Of a stretch of DNA of 64,000 bases, positions 41,352 to 64,000 are shown one piece after another. Source of the DNA: Hormiphora californensis (lineage: Eukaryota > Animalia > Ctenophora). The notes beneath the pieces are model-generated. The model had not been told where the DNA came from and ran no database searches. It saw nothing but the letters and a program-made list of their open reading frames with translations. A program made the position numbers and the translations under genes. The DNA lies in assembly GCA_020137815.1 (NCBI GenBank), contig CM035350.1, positions 4,030,001-4,094,000 of the forward strand. The letters run 5' to 3'. Each line of letters starts with the position of its first letter. Position 1 is the stretch's first letter.

Positions 41352-41715
41352 CCCTCTCTGATCAAGCAAGATTTATACCCACAATACAGGGAATGACCAC
41401 GGGTACCCACCTCGGCTACGAATGAACAACACGAGTCATGAATAGGAGAAAATTAGCGCCATTGTTTTCTAAACCACCACTGTGTGGGGGGGGGGGGGGG
41501 GGGGGGGTGAGAGACAACAGGGGGTACCAGGGACGACTAGTGACAGGGAGGAATGATTAGGGCATCTAGCCAACATGCACCACCCACAACTCGGGGTCAA
41601 TTCAACCTTAACCATCCGAATTAGAGTAACTATTCACTGCAACTCCTCCACTAAATCAGCCAATTCAATACCCTCCCTCTCACTTCCCTTCTCTAACCCT
41701 CTCCCTCTCCTACAG

Positions 41716-42807
<1,092 letters not shown>

Positions 42808-44199
42808 ATCATGGCTATATATTGACAATCTCTTCTTATATTACGTGATTTATTGGACACATACAGTTTTTTGTATCTTTTTTGTCACAGACTGTCACAC
42901 TGACTGTCACACAGGGTTTTAGGAAGTTATATGGGGGCTGGAATCCCCACTATATACTTTTTATAAATCTTTTATACTATTCTTATATCGCGTGTTATGA
43001 TTTCTAATATTTTTATACCTCAAAAACGAGGTGCCTGGTGCATTCGTCCAATTTGGCACAGAGTATTTTCATATCTACCACTCTTTTTATCTTATTTGTC
43101 TATTTATATCTTTTTATCCCCAGAGAGAGAGAGAGATAGGGTTTGGTACGGGACACATATATCGCATTAGACGCGTTTTTCTATATTTATTAACAGTTAG
43201 TTAAGTAAATTAACTAACAAAATTAGGAAATATAAGTGACACGCACGTGACATGTTGTTTACAGAAGAGAGAATTTGTTTGATGATGTGTTTGGTTTTTT
43301 GATTTCTTTGTGTGAATTAATTACTGTGTGATTACTATACCATTATCAATATATCATTACTCCAACTAGCTACTAAGTTAATTGGGATTTAGTGATTCCC
43401 TGGCCACTATATCATTTGAGTGGTAGGGCAGCAGGCAGCTGCATCATATATCCCGTTTATATCTTTTGGTAGCAGTCAACTTATGTGTATCTGTTTGTTT
43501 GGGTTTTTTGGTCCACCCTGTGCAGTTATCCCAGTGGGATGTGTGAGCATGTGCAACTTTGTGAGTAACTGATTCAATATCAGTTCACCTTACAGTTGCC
43601 GTACCAAGTGAGAATGAGACCGAGGGTGCTACAATAATTGCTTGTGTCGTGGGTGGATTAAACAAGTTGTTTATTTATCATGTATAAGTATAACTTATTT
43701 TCTTATAAAAATGAAATCAGATCGTTTCCTTTGGCTCTATTACCCTGTCTCAGTCTGGCGCCGCCAGACCCCATATTGATTCTCGACAGTGCGATCAGAT
43801 CGGGTCTGGACCGCCAGAAACTGTCGGGTAGACAATAATGATAATATCTTTGATATCGGGTCTGGCTTTCGCTTAATAAGATTGAGAATCCAAATGGGAT
43901 TCAATCCCGGACTGAATTAGATTTGGAAAAGGCGTGCAGTTGCAAAATTTCGGTCAAATCAAAATAGTGGTTGAAGATTGAATGCTCAATGCTCATACCA
44001 CACATGATTATGAGCGCCTCAACATGCCAAGTTCTATTCAAATTAACAAATCTTCATCGGGCGCAGTAAAATGGAAAATATAATGCAAGCGATGCCGCGC
44101 AATTTCAAAACTGATGAAGTAAGGGTTGCGCGCGGCGACACAAAAATACAACTTTTTAATTTTTCAGTTTGGCTCAAAACAGCGAAAAATAGGGATCCC

Positions 44200-44588
44200 T
44201 ATAAGGAACCATAATAAAGTTCAAGAGCCTCCAAGAGCACCCAAGAGCACACCCGATCGAAGAGAGACCACACCTGAGAGCGTACCACACCCAAAAGAGA
44301 CCACATCCAAGAGCGCACCACCTCCAGAAGACACCACTTCAAGAGCGCACCACATCAAAGAGAGCTCCCCATCCAGAAGATACCACGCGCAGGGGACACC
44401 ACGCGCAGAAGAGACCAGCGCGGCGTTGTATTTGCGCGTGCGGTCTCTTCTGCGCGTGGTGTCCCCTGCGCGCGGTATCTTCTGGATGGGGAGCTCTCTT
44501 TGATGTGGTGCGCTCTTGAAGTGGTGTCTTTTGGAGGTGGTGCGCTCTTGGATGGGGTGCGCTCTTGAACTTTATTATGGTTCCTTAT
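44200..44588. mobile_element. Foldback/MITE element A
   Basis: Terminal IR ataaggaaccataataaagttcaagagc, plus an inner inverted pair of about 115 bp (about 44303-44416 and 44442-44555). Confidence 0.8.
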
Positions 44589-44589
44589 T

Positions 44590-45162
44590 GGAATGCGCTG
44601 CAGCCCCCTCATGCGCGCACCCCCGCAACGAGGGGACTGGAGGGAATGCCGCGCGCGCGTTTGGCCTGAGCCCGGCTGGGTCGAAAATAACTTTGCGAGC
44701 GAAAAAACGGCGGTGCTTATAACTCTGGCCCCTGAAGTCCGTTTTGCTTGATTCTTTCACTAGCTGTTAGATCTGACAATTATCTACCTTGCTGTTTTTG
44801 AGAGAAGTTAATTGGACTTGAGGAGGCTGAGCAATAGCCGTTCAAAGATTGGTTGTTTTCAAAAAGTGACGTCACAGATCCCTGCAGGGACACTTTGTTT
44901 CAAATTTGAATTAAAATCTCAAATTTTTTTATTTTACCGCACTCGATTTTGCGGAGTTTGGTTCATATCTCCTGTTCCTGATAAGATAGAGGCCTGAAAC
45001 CGGTTGCATTTGAAAGCTGTTATCTTCCTCTTTCCAACGCTACCAAAACGATTTCTGTACCTTATCTGGAACCGGAGATATGATTGATTATGTATTCCCC
45101 CCCAGCGCGGTATTCCCTCCAGGCCCCTTATATTATATTATAAGGGGCCTGCAACGTATGCC
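44590..45162. mobile_element. TIR element C with imperfect bipartite terminal inverted repeats
   Basis: ggaatgcgctgcagccccct...aggggactggagggaatgccgcgc on the left versus the reverse complement of the right end, ggcatacgttgcaggcccct...aggggcctggagggaataccgcgc. Confidence 0.65.
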
Positions 45163-45452
45163 AAGGATCCCTAAAAAGTTCAGTATTTACACAGAGTTTA
45201 CACAGTCTTTACACAGTCGTTACACCCAGAGCGCCCGCGCCGCTCTGGGTGTAAAGACTGCGTCTTTCGCACTCGATTTGCAGCGTTTTCGGAAACTTTT
45301 TTCGCCGCAGCGCTCAATTTACTCAATTGTGCAGCACACAATCCAATATTTTCTTAGAAAAAGCCGCAAAACGCAGCACAGTCATTACACCCGCTCTGGG
45401 TGTAATGACTGTGTAAACTCTGTGTAAATACTGAACTTTTTTAGGGATCCCT
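45163..45452. mobile_element. Foldback/MITE element B
   Basis: aggatccctaaaaagttcagtatttacacagagtttacacagtc ... gactgtgtaaactctgtgtaaatactgaacttttttagggatccct. Confidence 0.82.
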
Positions 45453-45593
45453 ATCAAAAATGTCCAAAAATCTTAGTCAATCCTAAATCTCCCTCTATTT
45501 TAACTATCATTTCACTGTCAGAACATGCTTAGGATCTCGTTTTAGTGTTGTATTTTGAAATTACCATCCTCCAGACCCTTAAAAGGGGTCCAG

Positions 45594-46448
45594 ATGTCAA
45601 AAGAACCAAGAATGGGACCGCCCAAAGAGAAGAAACCAGTCACCATATCAATGACAGATGTTATGGCCAGCATGTACGGAGCTGGGGCAGGTTCTGTGGC
45701 ATATGTTGGACAAATCAGATTGTCTCAAATCTTTTGCAAACAAGCTGCCATACATAGCGGTTATCCCATCCTTTCATCGGTTGTCGGCAGTGGAATTCTC
45801 TCAGTCTCCTTTGTATCATCTACCTTTGTTATGCTGCAGACTTTTAAAATAACCAAAGAACTTTTTTATGACTCTTACAGCAATGTGGCTATCGATTGGC
45901 ACAAACTTCTCGCATCTTCTCTTGTCAATCTCGGGGTTTACAAATTTGGGATGAAGGAAAACTTCAAAACAGTTTTGCCAAGTAATCTTGCTTTACCCGG
46001 ATCTTTTGCCCGGGAAAGTATAACTCTGGGCGGTGTAACCGTTACAAAGCAGAAGAGAGAACTTATCCAAGAACTAGGTGGAAAGTATGGATGTCACCAC
46101 TGTGGTGCTAAGGACTCGCGATACATAGCAGACCACATACCCTGCACCAAATACCTCTCTGAGTTTTCAAGGCTGGCTAAACATGAGGAAAGGGCCAGTA
46201 AGGTGTTCCAGTGGTTATTCTACCGTGATATAATGAACTCTAGTATCCATCCACAAGTACTCTACCCTCAGTGTACCTCCTGTATGCGGGTACAGGCAGG
46301 GTACGTTGGATTTTCATTGAACTTCAGACGAGCGGTGACCCTAAAAAAGATGATAGTTTTACCCAAATTCCGATTTCAGAAGTATCTTCTCTTTTTATTT
46401 CCAATTTACTATGTTTTTGATAACCTGAATATTTCTATCACGCCATAA
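45594..46448 (+). CDS. Intronless protein with hydrophobic N-terminal half and Zn-binding HNH (His-Me finger)-like domain
   Basis: 284-aa ORF from ATG 45594 with motifs PGSFARESI, GCHHCG, ADHIP and QVLYPQCTSC..Q. Confidence 0.75.
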   Translation: MSKEPRMGPPKEKKPVTISMTDVMASMYGAGAGSVAYVGQIRLSQIFCKQAAIHSGYPILSSVVGSGILSVSFVSSTFVMLQTFKITKELFYDSYSNVAIDWHKLLASSLVNLGVYKFGMKENFKTVLPSNLALPGSFARESITLGGVTVTKQKRELIQELGGKYGCHHCGAKDSRYIADHIPCTKYLSEFSRLAKHEERASKVFQWLFYRDIMNSSIHPQVLYPQCTSCMRVQAGYVGFSLNFRRAVTLKKMIVLPKFRFQKYLLFLFPIYYVFDNLNISITP

Positions 46449-46583
46449 TGAGATCATTGGTATTTCTGTTTTCTCACTCTCCCCTCCTCTGCCTTGTCTT
46501 TTTTCTCCCTCTATCTGATTAACCTTGCGTTGTAGACATGGGCTGCTGAGGAAATTAAAGTTAGGGGCCCCGGGGCCTGAAGC

Positions 46584-63270
<16,687 letters not shown>

Positions 63271-64000
63271 GATATTGTGAGATATTAGCTGCTGTGCAGC
63301 AGGGTAAGGTGATGAGGGTGTGTGTGAAGTGTAGTGTGTTGTAGGTTATATCTCCATATATGGGCACAAATGCTCTGTTTTCTTCCATATATGGACTTAT
63401 GCTTTAAATGTGGTTAAATGCTCCCTACCATATATGGTATGTTATTCTACCAGGCGAGACCGGGCGTATACTGTCAGTTCGCTTCTACAGGACGTTCTAA
63501 CCGCCATATAACACAGTGTTAATCTCAATTTGAGGGTATACAATATATCCGTGTGTGTCCAGTAATATATTATATCGTAATTGGAAGATCTTGGATGACC
63601 CCATCTTCTGTGATTGTGATTGTTAATGTGAATGTCTAAGTCAAGATACACTGTAATGTACACTTGAATCAATATATTATGTTATCACGTGCTCCCTCTC
63701 TCTCCCTTTGTAGCCAGGAGTAATAGATAACTACTACCCTGTGCAGTAGTGAGAGGTGAGGGTGAGGTTTGCATGGTGTGACGTGTGTGTGTGTGTGACG
63801 TGTGTGATGATGCAGCACGGGATTCCCCCTCTCCCGATCCCAGACCTAATTTCCCCGGATCCCCTCCCGCAACTTCCCCCGGCCCCAATTTATCCAACCC
63901 TGGTCCTTCCCCAATCCCCGCCCACAACTTCTCTACCCTTGAACCCACTTCAGGGCTACCCCCTCCCAGACATCAACGATCGACAGACGGACAGACAGTG

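Noticed and set aside
44126-45427. Protein-coding ORFs in the inverted-repeat cluster
   Set aside because: Mirror-image translations of foldback arms; no transposase motifs.

Overview
Intron-rich animal genomic DNA with short GT-AG introns, many (GA)n tracts and MITEs. It is probably a ctenophore such as Pleurobrachia; this is inferred only from remembered repeat families and was not verified. The left 35 kb (minus strand, running off the left edge) splices into one giant secreted, strongly cationic protein of roughly 8,000 aa in the window. Its order is: signal peptide, acidic pro-segment with a polybasic site, (PPRGPRG)n tract, six near-identical tectonin beta-propellers, 22 F-type (fucolectin) domains interleaved with 4 galectin+PAN units, an RKKR site, and at least 26 Lys/Tyr-rich two-cysteine modules in triplets with a 7th tectonin inserted in one of them. 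It is a candidate multivalent glycan-binding adhesive or defence polyprotein. The right half holds a C2H2 zinc-finger gene, several TIR elements, an intronless HNH-like ORF resembling bacterial Rhs toxin nuclease tips, and a Rho-kinase (ROCK) gene 135 bp downstream of it. This ROCK has a degenerate Rho-binding motif and a predicted C-terminal CaaX box (CVIL). Its introns contain a degraded LINE and an antisense F-box ORF. Scattered 1-bp indels, one of them in ROCK, look like sequencing errors.
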